This document shows positions 37,659 through 48,458 of a stretch of 48,483 nucleotides of DNA, in pieces. Position numbers and translations under genes: made by a program. The stretch is from the NCBI GenBank assembly GCA_964351815.1, contig CAYGPH010000001.1:30460-78942 (forward strand), written 5' to 3'. How positions within the stretch are numbered: the stretch's first letter is position 1; every line of letters begins with the position of its first letter. The notes beneath the pieces were generated by a model. That model was given only the letters and a program-made list of their open reading frames with translations, had not been told where the DNA came from and made no database searches. Source of the DNA: an uncultured Verrucomicrobiales bacterium (GTDB lineage: Bacteria > Pseudomonadota > Alphaproteobacteria > Paracaedibacterales > CAITNM01).

Positions 37659-38621
37659 TTAAGACGCAGCTTCCCTATAGGTGATAACGAAAGTTAGTCC
37701 CCTAAATTTTGTTTTGTATTTTTCTGAGAGCTTTCCATTTACTGGAAAATGTGGATTAGTCTTTCCATTTTCAAAAAATTCTTTTACGTCGAAGTCGTAA
37801 CTTCGTCCTGAAATTACTGTTTCTCCGCTATTAGTTTTTTCTACACAATGTGCTGTTCCGACAAGATTAGCTTCACGGCATTTATGTTTAAGCATTAAAC
37901 ATAAAATATTAGTTTTTATACCTTCAGGATTTGCTTTTAAGTCTTTCCATTTAAAATCTTTCAGCAAGCTTGTTTCACTTGCAAAAGATTGAATAGGGTT
38001 ATTATTAATCTTTGTAGGAGAAATATAAATTAAATGTAACACGAGATCATGAATACTATCGTAGGTCCTGCTAATCAATGGTTCTGCAGTCGTATTTTCA
38101 TGGTTACTAGCATGTATGCACTTTGGATCTCCAAAAATGCATATTGCATTCTCTATTTCTTGTAATGTTAATTGTGATGAAAGAATTTTTATTGCATCTT
38201 CGTTGCTGAAAACTGAACTAATGCTTGATAGAATAAATGCTGCTAGCGCTTTCTTTTTTAGATTTTTATTTTGAATTATGTCAAAAAGTCTATATAAAAT
38301 TTCTGGTTTTCTATATTCAGGTAAAGTTACAAGTTGCAAAATTTCTTTTTCTGCCTTGTAACTTTTAAAAAATTCTGTAGGGGTTTTTTGTTCGCTAGTT
38401 TTGTCGTGAAGAGGAATACAATCGTTAATTTCCGATAAATAATTTACTAAACTTAAACCATTTTTAAATACTTCCTTATCACCATGGAATTCTGGGTAAT
38501 TATCTGTTAAGGCCATCATACCAGAATTTTTGTCTACCAGCTCTTCAGCAGCCTTAAGGTAAAAAAAACTAAAGCATAAAAACAGCAAACTTAAATGCTT
38601 TTTCTTGCAGATACATATCAT
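37659..38621 (-). CDS. Hypothetical secreted protein, paralog B (unique C-terminal module)
   Basis: Signal peptide present. The central region is collinear with paralog A (KTPTEFFKSYKAEKEILQLVTLPEY, KNLKKK, LTLQEIENAIC, SFASETSLLKDFKWKDLK). The C-terminal ~90 aa are unrelated to paralog A. Confidence 0.7.
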   Translation of the reverse strand: MICICKKKHLSLLFLCFSFFYLKAAEELVDKNSGMMALTDNYPEFHGDKEVFKNGLSLVNYLSEINDCIPLHDKTSEQKTPTEFFKSYKAEKEILQLVTLPEYRKPEILYRLFDIIQNKNLKKKALAAFILSSISSVFSNEDAIKILSSQLTLQEIENAICIFGDPKCIHASNHENTTAEPLISRTYDSIHDLVLHLIYISPTKINNNPIQSFASETSLLKDFKWKDLKANPEGIKTNILCLMLKHKCREANLVGTAHCVEKTNSGETVISGRSYDFDVKEFFENGKTNPHFPVNGKLSEKYKTKFRGLTFVITYREAAS

Positions 38622-38705
38622 TTTATTTTTTTAAGTAAGTTAAAGTTACAATAAAGTCTACTGTATACATCTAAAAAATATTTACAATGTTTTTTGTATT
38701 ATTTC

Positions 38706-40385
38706 TTATTTAATTTTAAACCTATCGGCTATAGCCAATAGGCAAAGACCATATAAAAGTATTAAGCATCCGAACCAAAAGAAAACAATCAGTGGCTTGT
38801 ATAAAAATTCTGCACACCAATGGCCATCATGGTTTGTGTAAATCACGGCATGGATTTGGTGAAAGCCAAAAGTGCGCCAATCTCCTTGGTGTTTAACGAT
38901 GTTATTAACATTAAAAAATTGACGATTTGGACTTAGCAAACGTTTAAAATCATCGAGCTGAAAATGTATCATTTCTCCGTCAAAACCAGGCCCTTTAACG
39001 CTTTTGTGATCTTTTATAGTAATCAAATGATTCGCAAATGCTATTGTTTCATTTGGGTGCAAGGGAAAATTTTCGGTTTCACTATATTTTTGTGTGTAGG
39101 TTCCAAAAATAAGCATTATTCCAACCCCCATGTGGGCTATGGCAAAGGGTTTTTTATAAAAATAACTTACTTTGACAGTGCTTATAATTAACCACAAACC
39201 AATAATTACGGCTAAGTTTAAACGTATACCAAAATATTTTTGCAGCATAAGTTGCCATAAAAGGGTTAAAGTAACAGCTAAAATAAAATCAAAAACTTTT
39301 CGCCTATTTATTTTTAAAACTGGTGCAAGACTTGCAAACCCAAGCCCCAATGCAATAAGTGGCATCAGGTTTTGGTTATAAAAATTTTCCGTAATGTGAA
39401 TATTTATGTTAAAAATCATCACCATTAGGCTTGTGAATAATATAATTAAAAGTGCAAGAAAGCCTAAGCTTGCATAACTTCTTCCCTTCACCTGAAGTTT
39501 TTTTTTGAAATTTAGCCAGATAGCTAAAGTTAACAATAAAATAATAAATCCATAGGCCATAAGCCAAATCATATGATTATTATCATTGGCAAAACTATGA
39601 ACGGAGGTTAATAAGTTTGAACGTGCTAAAATCATGGATAGAACTACCATGGGGTAGCTTAGCAACGAATAAAATTGCATAAGGGAATAATTATCTTTTG
39701 CATGGATTGCGGCTGCAACCATAAGCCAGGGTAGTAACGCCAGTATTTCAACAGGATCCCAGAACCAGTAGCCGCCCCAGCCAAGTTCTCCGTAAGCCCA
39801 AAAAGCCCCTAATATAATTCCTAAGGTTAGGAAAAAAAAACTGAATTGTAATATTTTTCTTAAAACCCCATAAGGAAAATAAAAACTACCTGCCCAAGCA
39901 AGGCTACATAAAATTTGCCCAAGATATAAAATAGGGGGGTGAATTGCTAACAAATTATGCTGTAAAGCAGGGTTAAAAGCGTGGTCTTTTAACACGCTAG
40001 ATGTAGAAATTACGAATGGGTTAGCCATGAAAAACGTGTAGCTATACAAAGCGATGATATTAAAAGCTAATATGGATTTCACAGTAATATTCTTCACAGA
40101 ATATGCAGCTACAGCAAGCATAGTAAGAAACAAGAAAAGCGACCCACTATGATCGGACCATATGCTGCCTATGCGGTAAATCATTGGTGTTCCAATGGTA
40201 AGGTGATCATGAACATGGGAAAGGGAAGTTAATAAGAAAATATGGCTGTAGGCAAAATATCCAAAAAGCAAAAAAATAATGATCAAGCCAATGTTGATAA
40301 ACTTTTTCTTCCAAAGTATTCCCAATCCAAGGCAAAAAATTGCGCCAAATTGTATACTATCAAGCAAAATGCCAAGCAAAGTCAT
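38706..40385 (-). CDS. ccmF: Cytochrome c-type biogenesis heme lyase subunit CcmF
   Basis: WWD motif WAYGELGWGGYWFWDPVE. Also YRIGSIWSDHSGSLFLF (cf. WG.HEGS.LLW). Multi-pass membrane protein of 559 aa. Confidence 0.88.
   Translation of the reverse strand: MTLLGILLDSIQFGAIFCLGLGILWKKKFINIGLIIIFLLFGYFAYSHIFLLTSLSHVHDHLTIGTPMIYRIGSIWSDHSGSLFLFLTMLAVAAYSVKNITVKSILAFNIIALYSYTFFMANPFVISTSSVLKDHAFNPALQHNLLAIHPPILYLGQILCSLAWAGSFYFPYGVLRKILQFSFFFLTLGIILGAFWAYGELGWGGYWFWDPVEILALLPWLMVAAAIHAKDNYSLMQFYSLLSYPMVVLSMILARSNLLTSVHSFANDNNHMIWLMAYGFIILLLTLAIWLNFKKKLQVKGRSYASLGFLALLIILFTSLMVMIFNINIHITENFYNQNLMPLIALGLGFASLAPVLKINRRKVFDFILAVTLTLLWQLMLQKYFGIRLNLAVIIGLWLIISTVKVSYFYKKPFAIAHMGVGIMLIFGTYTQKYSETENFPLHPNETIAFANHLITIKDHKSVKGPGFDGEMIHFQLDDFKRLLSPNRQFFNVNNIVKHQGDWRTFGFHQIHAVIYTNHDGHWCAEFLYKPLIVFFWFGCLILLYGLCLLAIADRFKIK
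38728..39012. repeat. 285-bp direct repeat, copy 1 (inside the ccmF 3' end)
   Basis: Identical to 37212-37496. The offset is 1516 bp. Confidence 0.9.
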
Positions 40386-40399
40386 TATTTTTTGTTAGT

Positions 40400-41536
40400 T
40401 TATAAAGCCAATTGTGGCATTTGGGCTAGCAGGTGGCTATAAATTTTTGTAAGTTTTTCCAAATCTTTGAGGGTTACATATTCATCAACCTTATGGGCCA
40501 TGGAATTACAAAGGCCAAGCTCAATAACAGGGCACAGCTTTTGAATAAACCGAGCATCGGATGTGCCACCCTCAGTGTTAATAATTGTTTTTTTACCAGT
40601 TACATTTTCAACACTTCTTTGAACAAATGAACTCCAGGTGTTGCCTCCCTTACTTAAAAATGGATGCGCACTGTGTTCAAAGGTGAATTCAAAAATGATA
40701 CCCGTATGCTGAATTTCCACCTTCTGACCTGCGGTTAAAAATAGCATTTCTAGGCTGCTTGCGGTGTGTTCCGTATTATAGCGAACATTAACCCTTGCGT
40801 TGGCTAAACCAGGGATTACATTATTGACGCTATTGGGAATATCCACTTGAATGATTTCAAGGTTACTGGGGTCAAAAAATTGATTTCCATTATCCAAGGG
40901 GGCTGCTCTTAAAGATTGAAGCAATTCAATCATAGCTGTTGCAGCACTTGAAGCTAAGTCAGGGTAAGCCACGTGACCTTGAACACCTTTTGCGGAAATA
41001 TAGGCAGTCATACTGCCACGTCTGCCATTTTTTATAACATCACCAACATTTTTCCGTGCTGTGGGTTCACCAACAAGGGCAAAATCTGGTGTAATATTAT
41101 TTTGCATTAACCATGGGATCATTGCTTTTACCCCATTTTTGGCCGATCCTTCTTCATCTGTTGTAAGCAAAACACTTACGGTAAAGGCGGGTTTAGTTTG
41201 CTCTAAAGCTTCAAGAAAACAGGCTATTGCCCCTTTCATATCAACGGCGCCACGACCGTAAATTCTGCCACTTTTTTCCATTGCCACAAAAGGGTTACTT
41301 TGCCAGCCTTCTCCGGGTGGTACAACATCTACATGGCCAACAAAACAAATATGTGGCGCTTCCCCATGCTTAATAGCAAACAGATTATGCGTATCATTAA
41401 TCGTAATTATTTCTGTTGAAAAGTTTAATGCTGTTAACATTTCTGCTATGTACTGCAGGCAATCTAAACCTTTAGGTGTAACACTATCATATGAAATCAG
41501 TTGTTTTAAAATTTCTCGAGCGCTATAGATATACAT
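40400..41536 (-). CDS. dapE: Succinyl-diaminopimelate desuccinylase (M20 peptidase)
   Basis: Contains LISYDSVTP, FVGHVDVVPPG, GRGAVDMKG and LLTTDEEG, and is adjacent to dapD. Confidence 0.9.
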   Translation of the reverse strand: MYIYSAREILKQLISYDSVTPKGLDCLQYIAEMLTALNFSTEIITINDTHNLFAIKHGEAPHICFVGHVDVVPPGEGWQSNPFVAMEKSGRIYGRGAVDMKGAIACFLEALEQTKPAFTVSVLLTTDEEGSAKNGVKAMIPWLMQNNITPDFALVGEPTARKNVGDVIKNGRRGSMTAYISAKGVQGHVAYPDLASSAATAMIELLQSLRAAPLDNGNQFFDPSNLEIIQVDIPNSVNNVIPGLANARVNVRYNTEHTASSLEMLFLTAGQKVEIQHTGIIFEFTFEHSAHPFLSKGGNTWSSFVQRSVENVTGKKTIINTEGGTSDARFIQKLCPVIELGLCNSMAHKVDEYVTLKDLEKLTKIYSHLLAQMPQLAL

Positions 41537-41556
41537 AAAATTTGATGGGCCTTTGC

Positions 41557-42369
41557 CTAGGTTTCTTCGCGTAAAATATTATTAATAGATGTTTTGGATC
41601 TGGTTTTTTCATCGACTTGCTTTACGATAACCGCACAGCTTAAGTGTATACCATTTTTTGATGGAAGCGAACCTGGGACGACAACACTATAGGCTGGTAC
41701 TTTGCCATAGAGAATTTCACCGGTTTCCCGGTTATAAATTTTTGTCGATGCGCCTAAAAATACGCCCATACTAATAACGGATCCTTCTTCTACAATAACA
41801 CCTTCAGCTATTTCTGAACGGGCACCAATAAAGCAATTATCTTCAATAATCACGGGGTTGGCTTGCAAGGGTTCCAAGACACCACCAATTCCAGCACCAC
41901 CAGATATATGACAATTCTTTCCGATTTGCGCACAGGCACCAACCGTTGCCCAAGTATCTATCATTGTGCCACTATCCACATAAGCACCGATATTTATAAA
42001 GCTTGGCATTAACACGGTATTTGGGGCGATAAAAGATCCATGGCGTACAATTGCCCCTGGTACCATTCGTACTTTAATTTTTTCAAAATCATTCTGTGTC
42101 CAGTTAGCTGTTTTTAAAGGCACCTTATCAAAAAAAGGTGAGGGTGTTGCAGGAATTAATGCGTTTTTTTGCGTGCGAAAGGAAAGCAAAATTGCTTTTT
42201 TATAAATTTCGTTAACATGCCAGTTTTTATTTATTTTTTCTGCAACGCGAATAACCCCACTATCTAAATCTTGCAGAATTTTTTCTATAAGTTTTTCACA
42301 TTCGTTGCTAAGTTGATTTTGGCTTGCAAAAGCATCTTCAATAATTTGCTGTTCGTTTATAGATAACAT
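41557..42369 (-). CDS. dapD: 2,3,4,5-tetrahydropyridine-2,6-dicarboxylate N-succinyltransferase
   Basis: Start set at [14 protein letters not shown] (ATG at 42369). Contains [20 protein letters not shown] and hexapeptide repeats. The 20-aa extension in the ORF track has no support. Confidence 0.9.
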   Translation of the reverse strand: MLSINEQQIIEDAFASQNQLSNECEKLIEKILQDLDSGVIRVAEKINKNWHVNEIYKKAILLSFRTQKNALIPATPSPFFDKVPLKTANWTQNDFEKIKVRMVPGAIVRHGSFIAPNTVLMPSFINIGAYVDSGTMIDTWATVGACAQIGKNCHISGGAGIGGVLEPLQANPVIIEDNCFIGARSEIAEGVIVEEGSVISMGVFLGASTKIYNRETGEILYGKVPAYSVVVPGSLPSKNGIHLSCAVIVKQVDEKTRSKTSINNILREET

Positions 42370-42479
42370 TATAGTATTTTTTGATTTGAATCTAAATCTT
42401 ATTGAATAAGTAAACGTGGTTAGGGTCAAGTTTTAATTGGTTTTATGCGATATTATTTAAGTAATTGCCTTTTTACGAA

Positions 42480-42956
42480 TTAGGCAATAGCCTTATGATG
42501 TTCATAAAGATGTGTGGGTTTTTGCCATGTGGGCCAGCCATCATGCAGATCATTCAGGTATACTTCTATCTTACTAACTTGCACAAGCATTTGTTTGTCG
42601 TGGGAAAAAATAAGCTTTAGTTCGTAACCTTTTTTTGCCTTTGAAACATCTATGTGTAAAAGGTTTAACATATTATCCCTTGGTTTTGAATCCTTAGGAA
42701 ACTGATGAAACCCACGGTTCATTACGTGTGTGACATGGCAAAACAAAAGACCCATATTAGCCCGGCAGTATAACGGTGTTCCCATATGTGAACTTTGATG
42801 ATTCCAGCAAAATCGGTTCACCAGTAAAGAAAAAGTATTTTTTTCATATACCATGGCTGATATGGGGCAAATACCTTCTTTCAACTGCAGGCTAATGTGG
42901 TAGAGATCTTCTTCCGACTTAGCTAATACTTTTATTTTTTTATGATTGGGTAACAT
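42480..42956 (-). CDS. Conserved alphaproteobacterial protein, DUF2948-like
   Basis: [45 protein letters not shown] resembles the DUF2948 N-terminal pattern (L.L.A.D.eDL.v.Sa..QDAv....dm.y.......f.l..NRF.WE). Called from memory of the family. Confidence 0.5.
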   Translation of the reverse strand: MLPNHKKIKVLAKSEEDLYHISLQLKEGICPISAMVYEKNTFSLLVNRFCWNHQSSHMGTPLYCRANMGLLFCHVTHVMNRGFHQFPKDSKPRDNMLNLLHIDVSKAKKGYELKLIFSHDKQMLVQVSKIEVYLNDLHDGWPTWQKPTHLYEHHKAIA

Positions 42957-43026
42957 TTTTGAATCTGTGCATCAGCGTTTGAACATGCTAGATTTAATTA
43001 TTGGACAACAAAAATATAAAGGCAAC

Positions 43027-43950
43027 ATGCTTGTGAAAAAAAATATCATTGATCAGGAAAATCAAGAGTTTGAAAGCTTCTCTACAAAGCGAGCTACGGT
43101 TTTTGAACTTGAAGAAATTCTTTATGAGCCCATAAAGGTTCTTGATCATGGTTTCATTCGTGTTGTCGATTATATGGGGAACGATAATGCTATCGTGCAA
43201 TCTGCCAGAGTTTCGTACGGTAAGGGTACAAAAAAGCTTAGCCAGGATCAGGGTTTAATTAATTATTTAATGCGCCATTGGCATACAACACCCTTTGAAA
43301 TGTGTGAATTAAAACTGCATGTAAAGCTGCCTATGTTTGTTGCTAGACAATGGATTCGCCATCGTACAGCAAATGTGAATGAATATTCTGCGCGGTATTC
43401 TATTTTGGATAAGGAATTTTATATTCCCAAACATCAGCAGTTAGCTGCGCAGTCTACTGAGAATAAACAGGGTAGGGGGCAGCTAATAGAAGGTGCTGAA
43501 GCAGAAAATGTTTTGGAACTTCTAAAACGCGATGCTGCGCAAGCCTATGACACTTATGAATACTTACTTAATGAAGGAGACAACCGCGACGAATCGCGTT
43601 CCAGTTTATCGCGGGAACTTGCAAGAATGAATCTTCCCGTTAATTATTATACCCAGTGGTATTGGAAAATTGATTTGCATAACCTTATGCATTTTGTGCG
43701 CTTGCGTGCAGACCACCATGCGCAATACGAAATTCAGGCCTATGCTAAAATTTTACAGGATATCATGCAACGATGGGTCCCCATGGCCTATGCTGCTTTT
43801 TTAGATTATCGACAAAATTCTGCTCAGCTTTCCGGTAAAATGGTAACTGTTTTAAAACGTATGCTAAAGGGAGAGCAAGTGTCTCAGGCAGATAGTGATT
43901 TAACAACCAGGGAATGGCAAGAAATGCAGGGTATAATTCATGACAGTTAG
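43027..43950 (+). CDS. thyX: FAD-dependent thymidylate synthase ThyX
   Basis: ThyX motif [14 protein letters not shown] (RHR-X7-S), plus [19 protein letters not shown] and [24 protein letters not shown]. The start is uncertain: the ORF opens at 42946, and ATG 43027 gives a conventional N-terminus. Confidence 0.88.
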   Translation: MLVKKNIIDQENQEFESFSTKRATVFELEEILYEPIKVLDHGFIRVVDYMGNDNAIVQSARVSYGKGTKKLSQDQGLINYLMRHWHTTPFEMCELKLHVKLPMFVARQWIRHRTANVNEYSARYSILDKEFYIPKHQQLAAQSTENKQGRGQLIEGAEAENVLELLKRDAAQAYDTYEYLLNEGDNRDESRSSLSRELARMNLPVNYYTQWYWKIDLHNLMHFVRLRADHHAQYEIQAYAKILQDIMQRWVPMAYAAFLDYRQNSAQLSGKMVTVLKRMLKGEQVSQADSDLTTREWQEMQGIIHDS

Positions 43951-45664
43951 TAATACACTTATCAACATTTTTTCCATAGCAATAGCATTGTGCACCGTTG
44001 CCTGTGAAAAAAAAGAAAGTAAATCACAACAGCATACTTCTGAAAACCTTTTAGAAGAACCTACGAAAAGCCAAAATACCCAAATCGAAACGGCGAATGA
44101 AAATCTGTTTCAGCAAGAAAATTCCCATGAAGTTACCTTTAAAAAAACAACGGATACTCTAAATTTACCCACACCACAACAAGTTGAAACCCTAAAACTT
44201 TTGTTACAAAGTACCGATCTTGATGTTAATAGTAATACGGTGAAACAGGCCCTTGAAGAATCAAGCTTAGCCTCCCTGTTTGTTTATCAATTCTATAAGG
44301 AATTTATTTTGTATTTACAAAATCCTGAGAAAGGCGAACAGCGGGCGCAAACTTACTTAAACTTTTTATCTAAAGCTGTGCTTGATAAGGGACTAGGTAT
44401 GATGGACCTTGATCAATCACCAGATGCAGAAAAACCGCTAAATCTTTTCTTGCAATACATAGGACATATTTCTTTTTACATTATTGCAAATAACAAACAA
44501 CTTTTTCCCTATACCATTCCACCTTGGGTTGTAAAAATGTATCCCAAGGTTACTGCTCATCGCCTCGGACGCAATCATGCAGAGTTATCATACACAGGGT
44601 TCGTAAAAAGCCCTTCCTTTCAAATTTTAAATACCTTTTTAAATGAAGCTATTCAACCCGGTGAACTGCCAAGCTACGCTACAAATTTTTTTGGTACCCA
44701 TCAATTTGATCTTGATGCATCACGTGAAACAGCTAAGGGTATGTTAAATTTTTACCCCATGGGTTTGATAGATAAAGATGATCCCACAACAATTGTTTCA
44801 GAAACCAAAAAAAATATACTTATTTGGGCAAGTCTTGGGGTTTACAATGCCCAGCTTTACAACCAGTTTAATCTACATTTTCAGGGAATTCTAAAGGATT
44901 ACCAAAAACATACTTTGGAAATACATGGTGATTTGGATGAAAAAATTTTGAAAGCTGCTTTCTATAACTATATTGCTTATTATTTTATTACCCATGAACC
45001 CATAGCTAGTGTTTTCCTTTATAAGCAATCTGATTTTACAAAAGCGAACATTGAAAAAGCCCTCCATTTACAGCAAAAAGCCCTTGGAGAAGTGCATTCA
45101 GATTCAAAAACATTTTATAATGAAATACTATGCCGTGCTATAACCCTTGGTGTAGATTTGGAAATTATTGAATGGCTTATAGATACAAAAAAGGCAGATA
45201 TAAATTATGCTTTCTTTGATGAAACACCCCTAATGCGGGCTTGCGACAAACCTAATATTTTGAAGTTTCTTTTGCAAAAAAAAACCAAGGTAGACCAAAC
45301 AAACACCTTCGGTAAAACGGCCTTATTTTATGCTATTCAATATGGAAATTTGGATACGGTAAAATTAATTGTAGAAGCAGGTGCAAATGTAAATGCCAAA
45401 ATTTATTCCCTCGATAAATTAAAAAAACTTGCCTTCGACTTTAGTTCAAAAAAACCAGGGCCGATTGTTTTGCTTGAACAGGTGGCAGACTTTACGCCAT
45501 CCATTTATGCAAAACGTTATGCCACCATTGATGTGCAAAATTATTTGCAGAAAAAAAATGCAAACGATGGTAAAATTGATGCAGAACGTGTGAAAAAATG
45601 GCTGAGTTTTAAGGATGGGCATACGATTCATAATGCTCCTGCTGAGCCTGGTACTACACCTTAG
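43940..45664 (+). CDS. Ankyrin-repeat protein with N-terminal signal/possible lipoprotein sequence
   Basis: N-terminus [21 protein letters not shown] repeats near the C-terminus: [60 protein letters not shown]. The ATG overlaps the thyX stop by 11 nt. Confidence 0.8.
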   Translation: MTVSNTLINIFSIAIALCTVACEKKESKSQQHTSENLLEEPTKSQNTQIETANENLFQQENSHEVTFKKTTDTLNLPTPQQVETLKLLLQSTDLDVNSNTVKQALEESSLASLFVYQFYKEFILYLQNPEKGEQRAQTYLNFLSKAVLDKGLGMMDLDQSPDAEKPLNLFLQYIGHISFYIIANNKQLFPYTIPPWVVKMYPKVTAHRLGRNHAELSYTGFVKSPSFQILNTFLNEAIQPGELPSYATNFFGTHQFDLDASRETAKGMLNFYPMGLIDKDDPTTIVSETKKNILIWASLGVYNAQLYNQFNLHFQGILKDYQKHTLEIHGDLDEKILKAAFYNYIAYYFITHEPIASVFLYKQSDFTKANIEKALHLQQKALGEVHSDSKTFYNEILCRAITLGVDLEIIEWLIDTKKADINYAFFDETPLMRACDKPNILKFLLQKKTKVDQTNTFGKTALFYAIQYGNLDTVKLIVEAGANVNAKIYSLDKLKKLAFDFSSKKPGPIVLLEQVADFTPSIYAKRYATIDVQNYLQKKNANDGKIDAERVKKWLSFKDGHTIHNAPAEPGTTP

Positions 45665-46313
45665 TTTATTTTATCCTCCGCCACTTTTTTCAATATCTGA
45701 AAAGCATAATATTTGGCGTTTTCGTGAAAAAATTGACCCTGCAGATATCCATACTGGCTTGCTGTATCGCCAACGGCTTTTAACTGCAGCGTTTGAACTT
45801 AACATGCCAATTAAATATGAAGGTCGCGAAACAAGCGCTTTACACCTAAAAAAAGATCATGATAAAAAAGTACAAAATTCTTACGAGACTTTTATTGCAT
45901 CGCGGGAAAAACTTGCCAAAGACTTACTTGGAAAAAAATACAAGGGAACAATCATTGATCAATGTATTGTGCGGCCATATGGTTTTTTTTGTATTTTGAC
46001 AGAGAAACTGGGCCAAGATTTAACAAAGAAGAGTATAAACATACATATTATTCCACCAAAGGGACATGATTTTGTGCCAGTTATTATTGAATGGGCAAAA
46101 CCAACATTATACCTAGGAGATTTGACCCTTTATACCAATCAAGAATACAAGGGTTATAATGAACAATATAAGATATTTTTTTCATGGTTTGAAAAGCTTG
46201 TCTACTTAAGAACCACTTTTAAATTCATTTTGGTTAATGTGTTACTTCAAGAAACCGACCTAGAAACAGAAATAGAAGAATCAGATGATGCAATTGATGA
46301 TTCTTTTGTCTAG
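45615..46313 (+). CDS. Hypothetical protein with hydrophobic N-terminus and acidic C-terminus, ORFan
   Basis: The ORF overlaps the ankyrin gene end. An alternative start lies at 45633 ([13 protein letters not shown]). No family recognised. Confidence 0.5.
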   Translation: MGIRFIMLLLSLVLHLSLFYPPPLFSISEKHNIWRFREKIDPADIHTGLLYRQRLLTAAFELNMPIKYEGRETSALHLKKDHDKKVQNSYETFIASREKLAKDLLGKKYKGTIIDQCIVRPYGFFCILTEKLGQDLTKKSINIHIIPPKGHDFVPVIIEWAKPTLYLGDLTLYTNQEYKGYNEQYKIFFSWFEKLVYLRTTFKFILVNVLLQETDLETEIEESDDAIDDSFV

Positions 46314-46386
46314 CTTTTCTTATGCAACCTATATCACCAATTATTTTTTCTCGCTATTATCTGTAATGGATTAGAAAAGAATTCCT

Positions 46387-47565
46387 TTGGTGTTTGAAAG
46401 CATAAAGCCTTACTGTAAGAATAGTAAAGATTTAAGCATAGTAAGTGCTTATGCAGCCGTTTCCCTATGGGGAATGGCATCGTTAATGGTTTTTTCCCTA
46501 TTACCAATTTTTTTACGTGATGAAGTAGGTGTGACCCATACCTATTTAGGTTTTCTTGAAGGTTCTGCCATTTTTATTGCTTTGCTTGCAAAAGCATTTA
46601 GTGGATTCCTAACGGATTTATGCAAAACGCGCCGGCGCTTTATTTTAATTGGTGGTTTTGGAACCCTAATTACGAAGCCACTTTTTGCCTTTGCCTTTAC
46701 ACCGCTTATGGTTTTTTTAACGCGAAGTGCCGATCGTTTTTTTAAAGGCGTTCGTTCCAGTCCACTAGATGCCTATATCGCTGATATGACATCAAAAAAA
46801 ATACGCGGCCAAATGTTTGGCTTAAAATTTTCCCTAAAAACACTAGGAAACGTTTTTGGTGGCTTATTAGCATCGGGTTTGATTATGCTAACGGGAAGTT
46901 ACCGATTAGTGTTTTTACTAGCTATATTGCCTGCACTATTAGCGTTTTATCTTATCTATCGTTTTCTTGAAGATCCAAAAACAATACACAACTATCGTAA
47001 ACTTTCCTGGCGGGCACTTAAACGTTTTCCAAAGCTTTATTGGTTGTTACTAGGCTGTGTATTCCTTCTTATGCAGGCTAGATTTAGTGAAGCTTTTTTA
47101 ACCCTGCGTGCTGCTGATCTTGGGTATTCAATAGCTAGCTTGCCCTTACTCATTATGGGATACGATATCATAGCGGTTTTTTCATCTTACCCTAGTGGTA
47201 TCATTGCTGATCGCTTAGGGCGCTTACCAATTGTTATTGTGGGGATGGTTATTCTCGCCATTGCGAATATTTTGCTAATACTTGCCCCATCTCCTCACCT
47301 TGTGTTTTTTGCTATTATTTTATGTGGACTCCATATCGGCCTTACCCATGGGGTGCTTTCAGCTATTATTTCTGTGCAAGCGCCAAGCTACATGCGTGGT
47401 ACCGCCTTTGCCTTATACTATTTAACGGTTGGTTTTAGTGTTTTTATAGCAAATATTATGGCAGGTTTCATGGCTGATTTTATCGCGGCTGGGCCTTTTT
47501 ATTACGGCTGTTTCTTTTCCATTCTTGCGGCACTTAGTTTGACATGGCTTAGTAAGGGCCGGTAA
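46387..47565 (+). CDS. MFS transporter
   Basis: About 12 hydrophobic segments, with motif-A-like loops GFLTDLCKTRRRFILIG and GIIADRLGRLPIVIVG. TTG or GTG start. Confidence 0.85.
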   Translation: MVFESIKPYCKNSKDLSIVSAYAAVSLWGMASLMVFSLLPIFLRDEVGVTHTYLGFLEGSAIFIALLAKAFSGFLTDLCKTRRRFILIGGFGTLITKPLFAFAFTPLMVFLTRSADRFFKGVRSSPLDAYIADMTSKKIRGQMFGLKFSLKTLGNVFGGLLASGLIMLTGSYRLVFLLAILPALLAFYLIYRFLEDPKTIHNYRKLSWRALKRFPKLYWLLLGCVFLLMQARFSEAFLTLRAADLGYSIASLPLLIMGYDIIAVFSSYPSGIIADRLGRLPIVIVGMVILAIANILLILAPSPHLVFFAIILCGLHIGLTHGVLSAIISVQAPSYMRGTAFALYYLTVGFSVFIANIMAGFMADFIAAGPFYYGCFFSILAALSLTWLSKGR

Positions 47566-48458
47566 TGATTCTTAGGTTAGCATTGTGTGCAAAAAATTAT
47601 CTTGGAAACAACAATTATGGTGCACTGCTTATTGTATTGGCAACGTTTACAGCTGCTACCACAAGCAGTTTGAACCATAGTATTCAAAATATACCAGCCA
47701 TGGAGATTTTGTTTTTCAAGTGCGCCATGGGTTTGGTTACCTTAAGTTTGTATTACTGTCGGCATTTTTTAAAGCTTTTTCACACGACCATTATTAAATA
47801 CCATGCTTTTAAGGGCCTGGTAGGTAGCCTAGGCAACTGGGCTTGGATTTTGTCCCTACAGTTTTTACCCCTTGCTGAAGCATCATCCCTTTCAACGACA
47901 AGCGCTTTCTTCACAAGCCTTATGGGTATAGTACTGTATAAGGAACCCTTTCATAGGAAAGCCTGGTTGGCCATTGCCATGGGTTTTTTGGGGGCAATTA
48001 TTATTTTGCATCCTTCCCAAGTAATATTTTCATGGTATATTATGCTGCCGTTATTTTCGGCGTTTTGTTTTTCCATATCATCGGTACTGGTTAAAAGTAT
48101 ACGTCCGTTCGATAGTGCCCAAACGACATTAATTTACCTATTAAGCTTTATGGCATTATTTTCTGTGTTAAGTACCCTTATAACCCCATGGGTTATGCCT
48201 AATAAAATTGAGCTTATCAAAATGTTGATAACCGGAATAAGCTATTTGCTTTCCCAAGTTTGCTTAATAGAGGCCTACACCTATGCCTTAACCAGCTTTA
48301 TAGCGCCCTTTAAGTTCGTGCGTTTTCCCCTAAGCATTTTAACTGGGGTATTATTTTTTACAGAAATCCCACCAATTTCAACCCTAGTTGGTGGCGGTAT
48401 TATTTTGTTAGGGTACCTATGGCTGCTAAGGGCAAAGAAAAAGACAAAACGTTCATAA
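47565..48458 (+). CDS. EamA/DMT-family transporter
   Basis: About 10 TM segments in a two-EamA-repeat architecture. The ATG overlaps the MFS stop (TAATG). Confidence 0.8.
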   Translation: MILRLALCAKNYLGNNNYGALLIVLATFTAATTSSLNHSIQNIPAMEILFFKCAMGLVTLSLYYCRHFLKLFHTTIIKYHAFKGLVGSLGNWAWILSLQFLPLAEASSLSTTSAFFTSLMGIVLYKEPFHRKAWLAIAMGFLGAIIILHPSQVIFSWYIMLPLFSAFCFSISSVLVKSIRPFDSAQTTLIYLLSFMALFSVLSTLITPWVMPNKIELIKMLITGISYLLSQVCLIEAYTYALTSFIAPFKFVRFPLSILTGVLFFTEIPPISTLVGGGIILLGYLWLLRAKKKTKRS

